Assembly: GCA_963804165.1 (NCBI GenBank)
Contig: CAWDPO010000017.1
Coordinates: 32,001-96,000 of the forward strand
Source of the DNA: an uncultured delta proteobacterium
Lineage (GTDB): Bacteria > Desulfobacterota > Binatia > UBA9968
Reading direction: 5' to 3'
DNA length: 64,000 bases
The notes under the pieces were generated by a model that saw nothing but the letters and a program-made list of their open reading frames with translations, was not told where the DNA came from and searched no databases. Position numbers and translations under genes: made by a program. Positions 1 to 10,753 of this stretch are shown one piece after another (position 1 is the first letter of the stretch; each line of letters begins with the position of its first letter).

Positions 1-330
1 CGATCAATTCCGGGCCCCAGGAGAATCCCGATCGGTTCGTGATCAGATTTCTGGAAAGCTCCTATGGCGCGCGCGACCCGATTCGCGGCCAAATCAAGTT
101 CTCCGTAGCTGAGCGCCTTCTCCAGGGGTGCGGATCGCAATCCGTTCTGGATATTTGCGCGCAATCTTTGCGAACCGATCGGGGATTGACGTTTCAACAT
201 CTTCTACCGGAAACTCGACAAAGGTTCCGGACGGATGGAAGCACCGATCCTTGATCGCCTGTTGTTCGGGTGGGAGTTGTGACTTTCTATTCCAGAGATC
301 GCTCACGTGCTTGAGCTTTTCCGCTGCCAT
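1..330 (-). CDS. N-terminus of an AMP-binding/NRPS-type adenylation domain protein; frameshifted near 125 and running off the window edge
   Basis: ORF 94..330 reads ...SIPDRFAKIARKYPERIAIRT. Removing one C from the CCCC run near 125-128 continues it as EKALSYGELDLAANRVARAI...EPIGILLG, which contains the adenylation A1 motif (LSYxEL..AN). Confidence 0.75.
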
Positions 331-399
331 AGCTAGAAAATTTACAGGTCCTATCAGGTATCAGACTTGCCTGACTCTACTAACGTTTGACGGGGAAAG

Positions 400-477
400 A
401 TGATGCGGCGCCATCCGCGAGTCCATGCCGAAGGATTGCTCTTTCACGTAATGGCCGGTGGCAACGACGGGCAGAAA
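400..477 (+). pseudogene. 5' remnant of a REP-associated (Y1/HUH) tyrosine transposase (RAYT)
   Basis: MRRHPRVHAEGLLFHVMAGGNDGQK matches the RAYT N-terminal pattern (R.PR....G..YHV..RGN..Q.IF). Similarity stops after about 25 codons. Confidence 0.7.
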
Positions 478-563
478 TCCGAGTCGGTCAAATTGTCGCT
501 TAACTCACTGTCCGTGAAACCCGGGCCAGCTCAATTCGACCCCGTTCTCTGCCCGAGCGAGGA

Positions 564-1586
564 TTACGCGGCGACCGTTTCGCGCTGCGCGACCTTTGCG
601 ACCCGCGACATCATCGCTGCGGCATTGCTGCGCAAGATCTTCGCGCGCGCATCTTCGCCGATCTGTGCGTCCTTAAGCGCCTTGCTGGTCCACTCGCAGC
701 CAAATTCGGTTCCGTCGGTGCCGCACACGATGCGTTCGGCGCCGTACAAGCGAACCGCGGCCTCGATCGCGCCCGGGCCGAACGAGTTGCAATCCACGTA
801 CACCTTGGCGCGGCGGAAGCGCGACGACGGCAGTTCCTCGTTCGCTGAATCCAGCAGGGAGCGGTGATCCATGCGCTCGATCTCGTACGGAATATTGCCG
901 CCGAGATTGTGAACCAGGACGGTCGCATCGGGATAGGGCGCGAGGTAGTCGGTGAGGCACAGCGTCACCATCACCGAGGACAGGCTCGCCTGCATGTCGA
1001 GCGTGCCGTTGCGGCGCCGCGCGTTGTCGGTGTCGCCGGCGACCTTGGGAAACGTGTCGCCAGGAAGCGGACCGTGGTGAATGAACACGATGGCGCGGCG
1101 GCGGTTCGCCACCTCCAATAGCGGGCGCATGTTCTCGGCGTCCTTCTTCGTGAGAAATCCGTTTCCGGGCACTTGCGCGCCGACCACGCCTGGCAGCGCC
1201 AGAGCGCGCTCGAACTCGGCAGCGGCGGCAGACATATCCACGAGCGGCAGCGCGGCAAACGCATTGAAGCGCTCGTATTTCTGGCAAAGCCCCGACAGTG
1301 CGTCGTTGACCATCCTGCACAGCGGCAGCGAAACCTCGACCGGCTGCGACTCGATCCAGCAAAACGCACCGAGCAGCGACAGCGCGCTGGTGCTCACGCC
1401 CTGGCGATCCATCCTTGCGAGATGGAATTCCACGTCATCAAACGCCTTGGACACCGGCTCCTCGCCGATCCGGCTCTTCACCACTTCTACGCCGTCCTGA
1501 TTGCGCACGATGCGCGGTTCCTTGGTGCGGGCGCGCAGGGCGTCGATCAGCTCGGCTGGCCTCCAATGAGCATGCATATCGATCAT
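564..1586 (-). CDS. Amidohydrolase_2 family protein (ACMSD-like decarboxylase/hydrolase)
   Basis: N-terminal IDMHAH metal motif, FIHHG, and C-terminal GTDG; 340 aa with an RBS upstream. Confidence 0.85.
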   Translation of the reverse strand: MIDMHAHWRPAELIDALRARTKEPRIVRNQDGVEVVKSRIGEEPVSKAFDDVEFHLARMDRQGVSTSALSLLGAFCWIESQPVEVSLPLCRMVNDALSGLCQKYERFNAFAALPLVDMSAAAAEFERALALPGVVGAQVPGNGFLTKKDAENMRPLLEVANRRRAIVFIHHGPLPGDTFPKVAGDTDNARRRNGTLDMQASLSSVMVTLCLTDYLAPYPDATVLVHNLGGNIPYEIERMDHRSLLDSANEELPSSRFRRAKVYVDCNSFGPGAIEAAVRLYGAERIVCGTDGTEFGCEWTSKALKDAQIGEDARAKILRSNAAAMMSRVAKVAQRETVAA

Positions 1587-1685
1587 GGCTGTCTCCTTAG
1601 TTTATCGAGGTTATTTGCCAACTATCGGGCAATCTATTCCAACGGCCACAGCGTGGCAAGCGCTTTCCCGACCCTAAAATATTTG

Positions 1686-1768
1686 TTCCAACCGTTCCAG
1701 CGGTTCCAATGGTTCCAACCGTTTAAGTAGGAAAACTCGTTTCAATGGTTCCAGACGTTTCAAGCGGT
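1686..1768. repeat. Intergenic repeat with 9-nt periodicity (GTTCCAA-type)
   Basis: gttccaacc gttccagcg gttccaatg gttccaacc gtttaag...; a related unit occurs at about 55713-55750. Confidence 0.7.
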
Positions 1769-1894
1769 TAATTCTACCGATTTGACCAGACCGGCTCTTG
1801 TTGCAGTCACAACGCCTGCTCGGTTATGTTCGCAAAGGTTTTACAAACCCCACCGTGGAGTTGAATTCTTCTTTACATTTTGAAGGAGGTTCAC

Positions 1895-3182
1895 ATGGCA
1901 GATTTATTTCGGTTGTCGGCGGGTGAAGCGGCGGCGCGGATTCGTGAAGGCAAACTGACGTCCGAAGCTTTGGTACGCTCCTGTCTCGAGCGGATCGATT
2001 CGCGGGAATCGCAAGTCAAAGCGTGGGTTCATTTGGATCGAGACTTTGCTCTTGCGCAGGCCCGAGAATGCGACCGGAGCGCGAGCCGCGGTCCGATTCA
2101 CGGAGTGCCATTCGCCGCCAAGGACATCATGGACACGGCCGACTTGCCCACGGAGTACGGCTCTCCGATCTACAAAGGCAATCGTCCCGCGGCGGACGCG
2201 GCGTGCGTGGCACTGAGCCGCGCGGCGGGCGGGGTGCTGTTGGGCAAGACGGTGACGACCGAGTTCGCCAGTCGATTTCCATTGGGGAAGACGACGAATC
2301 CGCACAACCCGCAGCATACGCCCGGCGGTTCCTCGAGCGGCTCCGCTGCCGCGGTCGGAGATTTCATGGTGCCGCTGGCCTTTGGCACCCAGACTGTCGG
2401 ATCGGTGATTCGTCCAGCAGCGTTCTGCGGCTGCGTCGGCTACAAACCGAGTTACGGCGAAGTGAGCACGCAGGGCGTGAAGCAAAATACCGCATCCTTC
2501 GACACCGTGGGGCTTTTCGCTCGCGCGGTCGAGGACCTCGCTCTGTTTCGCGCCGCGGTCACAGGATTCGCCGCGAAGCCTCTGGCCGCCGTTCCAGTGA
2601 ACGAGCTCAAGATCGGCTTTTGCCGCACCATGTTCTGGGACCGCGCGGAGGATTACACGAAAACCTTGCTCGAAGAGGCCGCAAGCGCGCTGGCGAAGGC
2701 CGGAGCGAAGGTCGCCGATTTCGATCTCGGAAAGCCGTTCGAACAGTTCGAGGCCATGGGCCGGCGCATCAATGATTACGAGTTCTCCCGTGGCCTCACC
2801 TGGGAACGGAGCAATCACTGGAACCTTTTGAGCGAGTTCCAGCGCGATAAACTTGCCGGCATGGCTCAATGTCTCCTACGAACAATACCGAGAGGCCGAA
2901 GCCGTGCTGGGTCAGTGCCGCGGACATCTCGCCGACTCGATGAAAGGTATAGACCTGCTGCTCACGCCCAGTGCTCTCGGAGAGGCCCCGGCGGGACTCA
3001 GCAGCACGGGCGACACCTCGTTCAATATTCTGTCGACCTGGACTTATACTCCCTGCGTCACCTTGCCCGTGTTCACCGGACCGTCCGGTCTGCCGGTCGG
3101 CATTCAGTTGATCGGTCATCGAAACCAAGATCACCGCATGTTGGAAGCGGCCCAGGCCGTGTACCAGGTGTTCTCGAAATAG
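1895..3182 (+). CDS. Amidase signature family protein, frameshifted near 2857
   Basis: KD...GGSSSGSAAAV and GTQTVGSVIRPAAFCG motifs. The C-terminus (LPVGIQLIG) is in ORF 2853..3182. GGAGG precedes ATG 1895. Confidence 0.85.
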
Positions 3183-3228
3183 CCGTGCTCGTCTTGGTCT
3201 GAGAACCTGGTCGCTGGAGGTTGAACCC

Positions 3229-4578
3229 ATGCAGAACGGAGATCGCGATATCATCGTCATCGGCGCCGGAGGGTGCGGTCTGATGGCGGCGCTGGTGGCC
3301 GCAAAAAAGGGCGCGCGGGTGCTGTTGCTCGAGAAAACCGACAAGCCTGGCGGCGGCACGGCTTTTTCTTCCAAGGGTATTCGCGCCGCGGCGAGCCGCC
3401 GGCAGCGCGAGTTGAAGATCGCGGACAGCGCGGCTCTCTACGCAGAGGATATTTTGCGGCGGAACAACGGCGAGAGCGATGCCATTCTGACGCACCGGCT
3501 GGCGGAGAATTCGGGGAGGGTCGCCGACTTTCTCGCGGACGAAGCCGGCGTCGAATTCCAGATCGGCGAGTTCGCCTTCGGCCACAGCGCGCAGCGCTCC
3601 CACTCGTGGAAGGAAGACAAAACCATCACCGATTTTCTCTTCGCGGCGGTGGAGCAGGAAAAGAACATCGAGGTGCGCTTCTCCACCTCGGTGCGCACGC
3701 TCGAGCGGGACGCCGACGGTGCGGTGACCGGCGTAAAAACCGACGACGGCATTTTCAGCGCTCGAAAAATTATTCTAGCCTCCGGCGGATTCGGAGCGAG
3801 CGCGGAGCTGCTCTCCAGGTACATTCCCAAAGCCGTCGGCATTCCCTTCCCCGGCCATCATGGCAGCACCGGCGATGGCATCAAAATGGGCTTGGAGATC
3901 GGGGCGGCAGTGGAAAATATGGGCGGGTTCCAGCCCTATCCGGCCTACCTCGGTCCGGGAAAGCGCGCTGTGCCGCCGGAGGTGGCGCTGTCCGGCGGAA
4001 TCATGGTCGATGCCGGCGGAAAGCGTTTTGTCGATGAGACCCGATACCCGGGCGGCCTCGGCGTTAGAATGCTGGATCTACCCGGCAAGCAAGCCTACGA
4101 GATTTTCGATGAGCGGATTTTCCAATTGCATCGAGACGCGCCCGGGCTGAGAAGCTTGGGCCGTCTTTTCGATGCGGGGCTTTTGCTGCGAGCCGAAACC
4201 GCGGAGAAACTCGCGGGGAAAATCGGAATCGACGCCGATGGGCTGATGCGAACCATCCGCGAGTGCAACGCGCTCGCTGCGAGTCATGGAAAAGATGCTT
4301 TCGGCCGCGTTCTGCCGCAGCCTCTTGAGGCGCCCTATTATGGAATCAGAGTGACCGTGGCGCTGTACCATACCCAGGGCGGCTTGAAAGTGACCGCGGA
4401 CGGCCAAGTCATGCGCGCCGATGGGTCCATCATCTCTAACCTTTACGCCGGCGGCGGTGTCGCAGTAGGCGTGTCAGGCCAAGGGCTGGAAGGCTATTTG
4501 CCGGGAAACGGGTTATTGGCTTCTCTCGGTCTCGGCATGATAGCGGCGGAGCATGCAGTAACTACGTTGAGCGAGTGA
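3229..4578 (+). CDS. FAD-dependent oxidoreductase, fumarate reductase/flavocytochrome c flavoprotein-like
   Basis: IIVIGAGGCG dinucleotide-binding motif, ASGGF, STGDG, HTQGGL and NLYAGG. Confidence 0.85.
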   Translation: MQNGDRDIIVIGAGGCGLMAALVAAKKGARVLLLEKTDKPGGGTAFSSKGIRAAASRRQRELKIADSAALYAEDILRRNNGESDAILTHRLAENSGRVADFLADEAGVEFQIGEFAFGHSAQRSHSWKEDKTITDFLFAAVEQEKNIEVRFSTSVRTLERDADGAVTGVKTDDGIFSARKIILASGGFGASAELLSRYIPKAVGIPFPGHHGSTGDGIKMGLEIGAAVENMGGFQPYPAYLGPGKRAVPPEVALSGGIMVDAGGKRFVDETRYPGGLGVRMLDLPGKQAYEIFDERIFQLHRDAPGLRSLGRLFDAGLLLRAETAEKLAGKIGIDADGLMRTIRECNALAASHGKDAFGRVLPQPLEAPYYGIRVTVALYHTQGGLKVTADGQVMRADGSIISNLYAGGGVAVGVSGQGLEGYLPGNGLLASLGLGMIAAEHAVTTLSE

Positions 4579-4587
4579 GCGCATTGC

Positions 4588-5680
4588 ATGGACGAGACAA
4601 TCTACCGCGATCGACACGATTACGCTGCGCATTCCGTTGGACATCTGGGCTCCGGCGCCGATGGCTCAAGGCGTGCCGCGCACGCATGTTGAAAGCCTTT
4701 ATGTACGCGTGACGACCAGCGGCGGCGTGGTGGGTTGGGGTGAGTCCTTCGGCACAGGCCGTCCCATGGTTGTCGCAGCGTTCGACAACTGGATCAGGCG
4801 TCTCGCCGTTGGACAGAGCGCCACGGATGAGGAACTTGTCCCGCGCATAGAACGGATGCTGCTTTCATTGAGCCGCTCCGGTCCGCTGGCCCACGCGCTC
4901 GCGGGACTCGACATTGCGCTGTGGGACATTCGGGGAAAGCTTGCGGGTGTTCCGGTGTCGACGCTCCTTGGCGGCGCCAAGCGAACGCACGTCGAATGCT
5001 ATGCCTCGCTGCTGCAATATTACGGCAACCCGGAATACATCAAGCGCAACACCGCTCGCGCTCTCGAACGCGGCTATCGTCAGATCAAGCTGCATGAGCG
5101 CACTCCCGAGGCGGTCGCGGCCGCGCGCGAGGTGACGGGCCCGGACATTCCTCTTATGGTGGATACCAACTGCGCTTGGACAGCGGCCGAAGCTGAGACG
5201 GCCGTCGCGGCGATAGCGCCGTACAAACCGTTCTGGGTCGAGGAGCCGATCTATCCTCCGGAAGACTTCGAAGCGCTCGCCAAGCTGCGCACGATCACCG
5301 GCGTACCCATGGGGATCGGCGAGAACGCAACCAGCCTGCGTGATTTTCGCAGAATGGTCACCATCGGCAGGGCTGATTACATTCAGCCCAGCATCGTCAA
5401 ACTGGGCATCACCGCCATGGCAAAAGTAGCAGCCGAAGTCGAGCAAGCGGGCGCCCTCTGCGTACCGAACGCCTTTTATCTGGGACCGGCGTTTCTAGCG
5501 GTGTTGCATTGCCTCGCGGCAAAGGACAAAGATTCTCCGCTGGAGCGGATGTTTGCCGATTTTGGCGCTACTCCGTTCTCCAAGACCGTGCCTGTATTCA
5601 ACGGCGGAGTTGAAGTTCCGGAGGGCCCAGGTCTCGGTGTGGACCCGGAAGACGACCTGATTGCACAGTTCAGAGTGTAA
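4588..5680 (+). CDS. Mandelate racemase/muconate lactonizing enzyme family protein; frameshift near 4603
   Basis: GWGES, DIALWDIRGK, KLH, MVDTN, EEP and GE motifs. ATG 4588 joins TAIDTITLRIPLDIW if one base is removed. Confidence 0.85.
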
Positions 5681-5776
5681 GTCCGGATCAGTGTTAAGCG
5701 TGAGTCTGAGCTTTGCACGATCAACCGAATCGCCTCAGGCCTCATGCCTCACGGCTATTCGACAAGGAGAATTTTC

Positions 5777-5989
5777 ATGCGAAGATTTCTTGCCGCCTGC
5801 CTGCTCCTGCTGCTCACGGGCTGCGGCGATAAGGCGAAGGATTTATACGATACCGCGCAGCTCGAAGAGAAGCAGTTCAACAAGCCGCACGCTACGAAGC
5901 TTTATCGGCAGATCGTAGAAGAATATCCCGACTCGCCGTACGCGAATCAGGCAAAGACTCGTTTGGCCGAGTTGGAGAAAGCGCGTTAG
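5777..5989 (+). CDS. Small lipoprotein with a single TPR-like helix pair
   Basis: RBS AAGGAG; MRRFLAACLLLLLTGC lipobox; YRQIVEEYPDSPYANQA is TPR-like. Confidence 0.75.
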   Translation: MRRFLAACLLLLLTGCGDKAKDLYDTAQLEEKQFNKPHATKLYRQIVEEYPDSPYANQAKTRLAELEKAR

Positions 5990-6200
5990 AGATTCATCAA
6001 GGACCGTGCCCCTCCTTTCCCTGCACGATTGACTCTCGGCATTCGTTTCCTTTTAAGCCGTTAAACGATGCCTTTCATGCTGCCTTACATTGCTCAATCA
6101 AGAAGTGGCCCTGGTCCGAGCCGCAGCCGTCCCGCGTTTCAGCCGGCGGCCGCAGACGGTGATCGACGGCGGGGCTCGGGCGATCGTGGTGGAGAAGTGC

Positions 6201-6668
6201 TCAGTGGCGGCGGAGTTCTTCTATAAGGGCTTCAGAACGGGCAACGGCGTCTTGAGTGGGCTCATGACCGCTCTTACAGTGTGATGCGACTTCCTGTGAA
6301 TCTTTGGACAATGCGCGGGACTTTTCCTGCAGTCTGTGGCTCTGCTTTAGTAAATGTCTAGCATTTTTTTCATCATCATCAGAGGGACGAAATTCCAGGT
6401 TGCCTATTTGTTGAATGGACTCACCGCTATGCTGTTGCAGAAGTTCAAACACCTGGCGGCAAAGCGAACCCTCTCTAAACAACAGGGTGCCCATGTATGA
6501 AGAGCCTTGAAATTCCATCATTAGGTAACATGTTGTTAGCGGCTCAAACCGAGAACGAACAACGCTTCTGAGAATCCCAATTTCACCGATCAACTTTGCG
6601 TTGCCCTCACCCTCAGTTCTGATCCAGTTGGGTGGCCAGTCTATTGATGAACAGCGGCGGAGTTGCAT
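6201..6668 (-). CDS. Hypothetical protein
   Basis: 155-aa ORF with a GAGG RBS and a natural-looking sequence (WPPNW...GEIGIL); no family recognised. Confidence 0.55.
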   Translation of the reverse strand: MQLRRCSSIDWPPNWIRTEGEGNAKLIGEIGILRSVVRSRFEPLTTCYLMMEFQGSSYMGTLLFREGSLCRQVFELLQQHSGESIQQIGNLEFRPSDDDEKNARHLLKQSHRLQEKSRALSKDSQEVASHCKSGHEPTQDAVARSEALIEELRRH

Positions 6669-7165
6669 CGGGAGGACCTCATCTCTACATTCAAAAGCGT
6701 ACCGTCTTCTACGAAAACATAAGCAAACGTACGCCCGAATCTACGCTCATGGTTGATATGCTGGTTCGCCTCGTCGTACAGATCAGGACTGGGGTATTTA
6801 TAGGCCATGGAGCGAAGCGCGTATCGCTCTCGCGGAACGCCGCTTTCGTTCGAACGTTGATTCCGCCGATGACCCGGCCATCGATGTCACGCAGTGGCGT
6901 GGATACGGCGTGGTTGCTCTAGGGTCTTTTCCACTTGTGTCACCAATAACGTACACTTGAATAACGACAATCATCGGATCTTGGATTTTCAACTCTGCAA
7001 AAAATGTTCTTCGGCGTCGGGATCACGATCGTATTTTTTGTTTCGATTTCAAATCCGGCCGCAGACTTTTGGCGTATATTCTCGTGTAGGCTAAACGAAC
7101 GCTGCCTGCGAGGAAATAAGTTCTAGATCGGTTTCCGGCTCTTGACTGGCAGAATTGCGCCGGGC

Positions 7166-7801
7166 ATGATCCTCGCCGTGGCTGCACCGGATACCAAGAC
7201 GCTCGGGGATATTCTAGATGCCGATAAGTCAAAGGTTCGCGTATCCGAGGATGAGTGGCTACAGCTCGTCCGAGCCGTCGCCGGCGGTGACCAGGGTGCA
7301 CTGCATTCCCTTTACGAGCAAACGCATCGAATCGTTTTTACATTAATTGTGCGGATAATGGCGAATCGAGAAACTGCCGAAGAAGTGACGCTCGATGTGT
7401 TCCATGAAGTATGGCGGAAAGCCTCGACCTATGATCCTGCTAACGGATCGGTCGTCGGCTGGATCATGAATCAGGCGCGCAGCAGGGCGATTGATCGCCT
7501 GCGGTTCGATCAGAGAAAAAAACGAGTGAACACGTATCCGGACAGCTTGCGGCCGACAACGGACATTGTTGATCCTCAACAAGCCTGCTTGTTTAAGGAG
7601 CAGAGCCACCTGGTGCGGAATGCGCTTGAGGTGCTGACTCCAGAAGAACGAAATGCGATCGAAACCGCATTTTTTTCTGAATTGACTTATGAAGAAACGG
7701 CAAGGAACTTGAATCAACCTCTCGGAACCGTGAAGACGCGAATCCGCTCCGGACTGGGAAAACTTCGAGAGGCGCTGGGAAGGAAATTGAAGGCCGGATG
7801 A
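7166..7801 (+). CDS. ECF sigma-70 factor (SigK/RpoE-like)
   Basis: Region 2 (AEEVTLDVFHEVWRKA..YDP; ARSRAIDRLR) and region 4 (TYEETARNLNQPLGTVKTRIRSGL). Start codon uncertain (7142/7166/7178). Confidence 0.9.
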   Translation: MILAVAAPDTKTLGDILDADKSKVRVSEDEWLQLVRAVAGGDQGALHSLYEQTHRIVFTLIVRIMANRETAEEVTLDVFHEVWRKASTYDPANGSVVGWIMNQARSRAIDRLRFDQRKKRVNTYPDSLRPTTDIVDPQQACLFKEQSHLVRNALEVLTPEERNAIETAFFSELTYEETARNLNQPLGTVKTRIRSGLGKLREALGRKLKAG

Positions 7802-8379
7802 ACGCAAAACCGGGCACACACAGTCAAGAGCATCTGGATCTCGTGTTTCTGTTTGCATTGCAGGCGCTTCCTCCGCGCGAGACCGCTTCGGTTGAAGCTC
7901 AAATCTCCTCATGCGAGGATTGCCGGCAGGAAATCGAGACGCTCCGGCCCATTGTTCGCTCGTTTGTCGGCTGGTCCGTCGATGTGTTGCGGCCTCCGGA
8001 ATCTCTATGGGGCCGGCTCGCGCAGCGAATCGCCAGCGAAACGGCCACGCGGCCGTTCGTACCTCCGTTGGAAGCGCCGGTTAAACCAGAGTGGGAGGAA
8101 GCGGCGCCAGGTCTCCACGTTAAAATACTCGCGACGAACGCGGAAAACGACAGCGTGAGCATGTTGGTCCGCCTCGATCCAGGAACCGATTATCCCGGAC
8201 ACAAGCATGCGGGCATCGAAGAACTGCATCTTCTCCACGGCATATTGAAGGTCGATGACCGAACACTATATCCCGGCGATTTCATCCACGCCGAAGCGGG
8301 CAGCGTCGATCATCGTGTGTGGAGTGAAACTGGCTGTACCTGCTTTCTGGTGACCTCGACGAAAGACGCCCTTTTCTGA
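7798..8379 (+). CDS. ChrR-like anti-sigma factor with a C-terminal cupin domain
   Basis: ATGA overlap with the sigma gene; N-terminal CEDC; cupin motif PGHKHAGIEELHLLHG...PGDF...H. Confidence 0.85.
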   Translation: MNAKPGTHSQEHLDLVFLFALQALPPRETASVEAQISSCEDCRQEIETLRPIVRSFVGWSVDVLRPPESLWGRLAQRIASETATRPFVPPLEAPVKPEWEEAAPGLHVKILATNAENDSVSMLVRLDPGTDYPGHKHAGIEELHLLHGILKVDDRTLYPGDFIHAEAGSVDHRVWSETGCTCFLVTSTKDALF

Positions 8380-8458
8380 TTTCTGGTCTTCGCCGTATCT
8401 CGGTAACCGTTGCTCGATACCGCGGCAGTCTGAAACTGGATTGGGTTTCCTATCCACG

Positions 8459-9230
8459 TCACCATTCCTTTCTTTTCTGGGCGACGTTTTTCCAGATTTG
8501 CGCAAACTCGGGATGGTCTCGTAAATAGCCGGCGTAGAGTTGTCCGAATCCAGACATCATCTCCGCTCTTCTCGGCGGCTCCGCAGGATACAAGCGGATA
8601 ACGAACCGGCCGCGCTCATCCGACAGGGCGAAGCAAGGTAATACCGGCGCTCCTAAAAGTTCGACGGTCTCAATCAGCCGACCATCGAGAAAAAACCTTC
8701 CGTAGAAAAATGGGATCTCGAACTGCGGCTCGCCTTGAGAAAATCCGCGCATGGATAGATGGACGACCTCGTTGCGCCCAAGCGCGCGCTCGATCTTTGC
8801 GAGTGCCTGCAGACCTTGGTGGCGATCGTCACCGTAGTTGATATGCTCCCAACGGGCATAGCTTCCTTCGCCCCAGCGCTCCGAGATATCATCGCCGCGC
8901 CAGCCGAAACCGGTGCGGTTCATGCGGTAGCCGCGCTCGGCCAACGCCGGGGCGACAACCCGCTCGAAGCCGTAAAAGTGCCCCGATAAGAGAAATGCGC
9001 CGCGCCCTTCACGCAGCGCCGCCTCGAGGTGTTCCTCGCCGTCGACGAGCACAAGCTCGTTATGCCGCTCCGCCCAGCCGGGCCAAGCCCACACCAGGGT
9101 ACGGCCCCATTTGCGGTAGATAAGGTGCTTTCTTCCTAGCTCCTCTAGCCGCGCCGGGTCATAGGATGAAGCCAACACGGTCCGAAAATATTTGAGCCGC
9201 GACTTGCGAATGAGTCCCGAGCGAGCCGCG
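8459..9230 (-). pseudogene. Lipid A lauroyl/LpxL-like acyltransferase lacking its 5' end
   Basis: VDGEEHLEAALREGRGAFLLSGHFYGFE motif. The frame is open up to about 9255 but has no convincing start and overlaps the end of the upstream methyltransferase. Confidence 0.65.
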
Positions 9231-9741
9231 AGGCAATGTCGGGGTCCTTCCCCGGTTCAAGATTTACAACCCGCGTAGGCTTCCAGTCGTCGATGTCATA
9301 ATCGTGAGCCACGATACGGGATCCTGGTTTGAGTTTCTGTAGCTTGGATCGAATCGCGTTGTTGAACCATTTGAACATGTAGAGTGTGACTACCGTTGCC
9401 TTGGAAATATCCGTTTGGGTCCCGTCTTCCGCGCGAAATTCGAGCAGATGGCTGACCCCTTCCTCTGTCGCCTTTTGTTTAGCCTCCGCTATGCGTTGCG
9501 GGTCCAAATCAACTCCGACGCCTCGCGTGCTATATTTTTTGGCGGCATGAATGAGTATCCGTCCATCGCCGCAGCCCAGGTCGTATATTACGTCGCCTTT
9601 CCTGACTCCAGCCAGTTCAAGCATACGCTCAACAACTGGCATCGTCGTGGGCACAAACGGGATGGGCTCTTGTGACCAGACCGTGGCGTTATTCAAAACG
9701 AATAGTAAAGCTAAGAATGATGCGATTTGCTTGAGCTTCAA
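9145..9741 (-). CDS. Class I SAM-dependent methyltransferase with a signal peptide; C-terminus after about 9235 probably chimeric
   Basis: PFVPTTMPVVERMLELA, IYDLGCGDGRI, ATVVTLY and LKPGSRIVAHDY motifs; hydrophobic leader ending WSQEP. Confidence 0.85.
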   Translation of the reverse strand: MKLKQIASFLALLFVLNNATVWSQEPIPFVPTTMPVVERMLELAGVRKGDVIYDLGCGDGRILIHAAKKYSTRGVGVDLDPQRIAEAKQKATEEGVSHLLEFRAEDGTQTDISKATVVTLYMFKWFNNAIRSKLQKLKPGSRIVAHDYDIDDWKPTRVVNLEPGKDPDIASRLARDSFASRGSNIFGPCWLHPMTRRG

Positions 9742-9861
9742 GTGCCCACCTCTCAGTCGTAAAATTTGGTGTATCCGTTCAGAATCGCATGAAATGTCAA
9801 ACGACCCGTGAGTTGGATTCAGCGTGAGTTTATTTCGTTGGAGGATTCAATCGAATCTGGG

Positions 9862-9911
9862 GGTTAACGCAATGCCACTAACCCGAAATCGGGTCAAGCG
9901 GCGGGTTAGAC
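9862..9911 (-). other. attC-like integron recombination site (short)
   Basis: Minus strand reads GTCTAAC-ccgccgcttgacccg-attt-cgggttagtggcattgc-GTTAACC, with R''/R' cores, paired arms and one extrahelical base. Confidence 0.6.
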
Positions 9912-9914
9912 TCT

Positions 9915-10118
9915 CTATCGGTAAACGTCTTTTCTGTGGTCAATTTTTACGACGTCAATGTCCGCATGGGAAGTGCGGCCATGGTAGATATCACGTAAGG
10001 CGAGTTCAAAGTTGTCGAGTATTTCTGGCGTGATCACAGTGAGTTCATCGACACGCGCAGCGATATAGTCACGCACAGCGGCCCGGATTTCTGGTCGCCG
10101 CCCCTCGTTTCGCAGCAT
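9915..10118 (-). pseudogene. Chimeric short ORF ending in a RelE/ParE toxin C-terminal motif
   Basis: Ends VVKIDHRKDVYR* (RelE-type V.IGHRKDVYR) directly before the attC; the N-terminal part is unrelated. Confidence 0.5.
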
Positions 10119-10120
10119 GG

Positions 10121-10753
10121 TCAGTAAAGCTCGGTCTTTAGGCGCTCGGCGTATTTCTCGTTATATTCCCTGGCGTAGGCAGCATCCTTGCCGTCGCGGG
10201 CGGCGGCGAAGTCGCCGTGGCTTGGCGCGCCGCTCGGCCGCGCCGCCGCGTCCCACAGCTTCGCCCGCACGAAGGCTTTGGGACAGTGATTGAAGGCTTC
10301 CTCGACAGCGACGACCATGACCACGCGCGGCCCCTTGCCACCAACCTCGAATCGCTTCAGCAACTCCGGGTCGGTGCTGATCGTCGCGCTGCCAGTCACG
10401 CGATAGGTTTCGTTCGATCCCGGGATCATGAAAATGATACCGACCTTCGGGTTGACGAGCAGGTTCTTCATCCCGTCGATGCGGTTGTTGCCTGGCCGGT
10501 CGGGGATCAGCAGGGTGCGGTCGTCGAGCGGCTGCACGAAGCCCGGCGCATCGCCCTTGGGCGAACAGTCGATGCTGGTCCCGTTCGAGGTCGCGAGCAC
10601 CAGGAACGGCGATGCCGCGATGAAGGCGCGCCCGACCTCGGTGATGTGGTCGGTTTCCTTGGCGGCGACATGGGGCAACGGCTCGGCATAAATCTTCGCG
10701 AGATCGTCCAGCGAAGTAACGGTGTAGGCATCGTTCCGGTCTATCGTATCCAT
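10121..10753 (-). CDS. Pyridoxamine 5'-phosphate oxidase-like FMN-binding protein (MSMEG_1061 type)
   Basis: FIAASPFLVLAT, DCSPKGDAPGFV, IPDRPGNNRID and HCPKAFVRAKLW; RBS GGAGG before ATG 10753. Confidence 0.85.
   Translation of the reverse strand: MDTIDRNDAYTVTSLDDLAKIYAEPLPHVAAKETDHITEVGRAFIAASPFLVLATSNGTSIDCSPKGDAPGFVQPLDDRTLLIPDRPGNNRIDGMKNLLVNPKVGIIFMIPGSNETYRVTGSATISTDPELLKRFEVGGKGPRVVMVVAVEEAFNHCPKAFVRAKLWDAAARPSGAPSHGDFAAARDGKDAAYAREYNEKYAERLKTELY

Noticed and set aside
2840-2870. Programmed ribosomal frameshifting in the amidase and other split genes
   Set aside because: No slippery heptamer or consistent signal, and these families are not known to use recoding; sequencing error is simpler.
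7890-7925. Anti-sigma zinc motif lacking the first His (QISSCEDC)
   Set aside because: A single substitution in a variable motif, with other His residues nearby; too weak to call novel.
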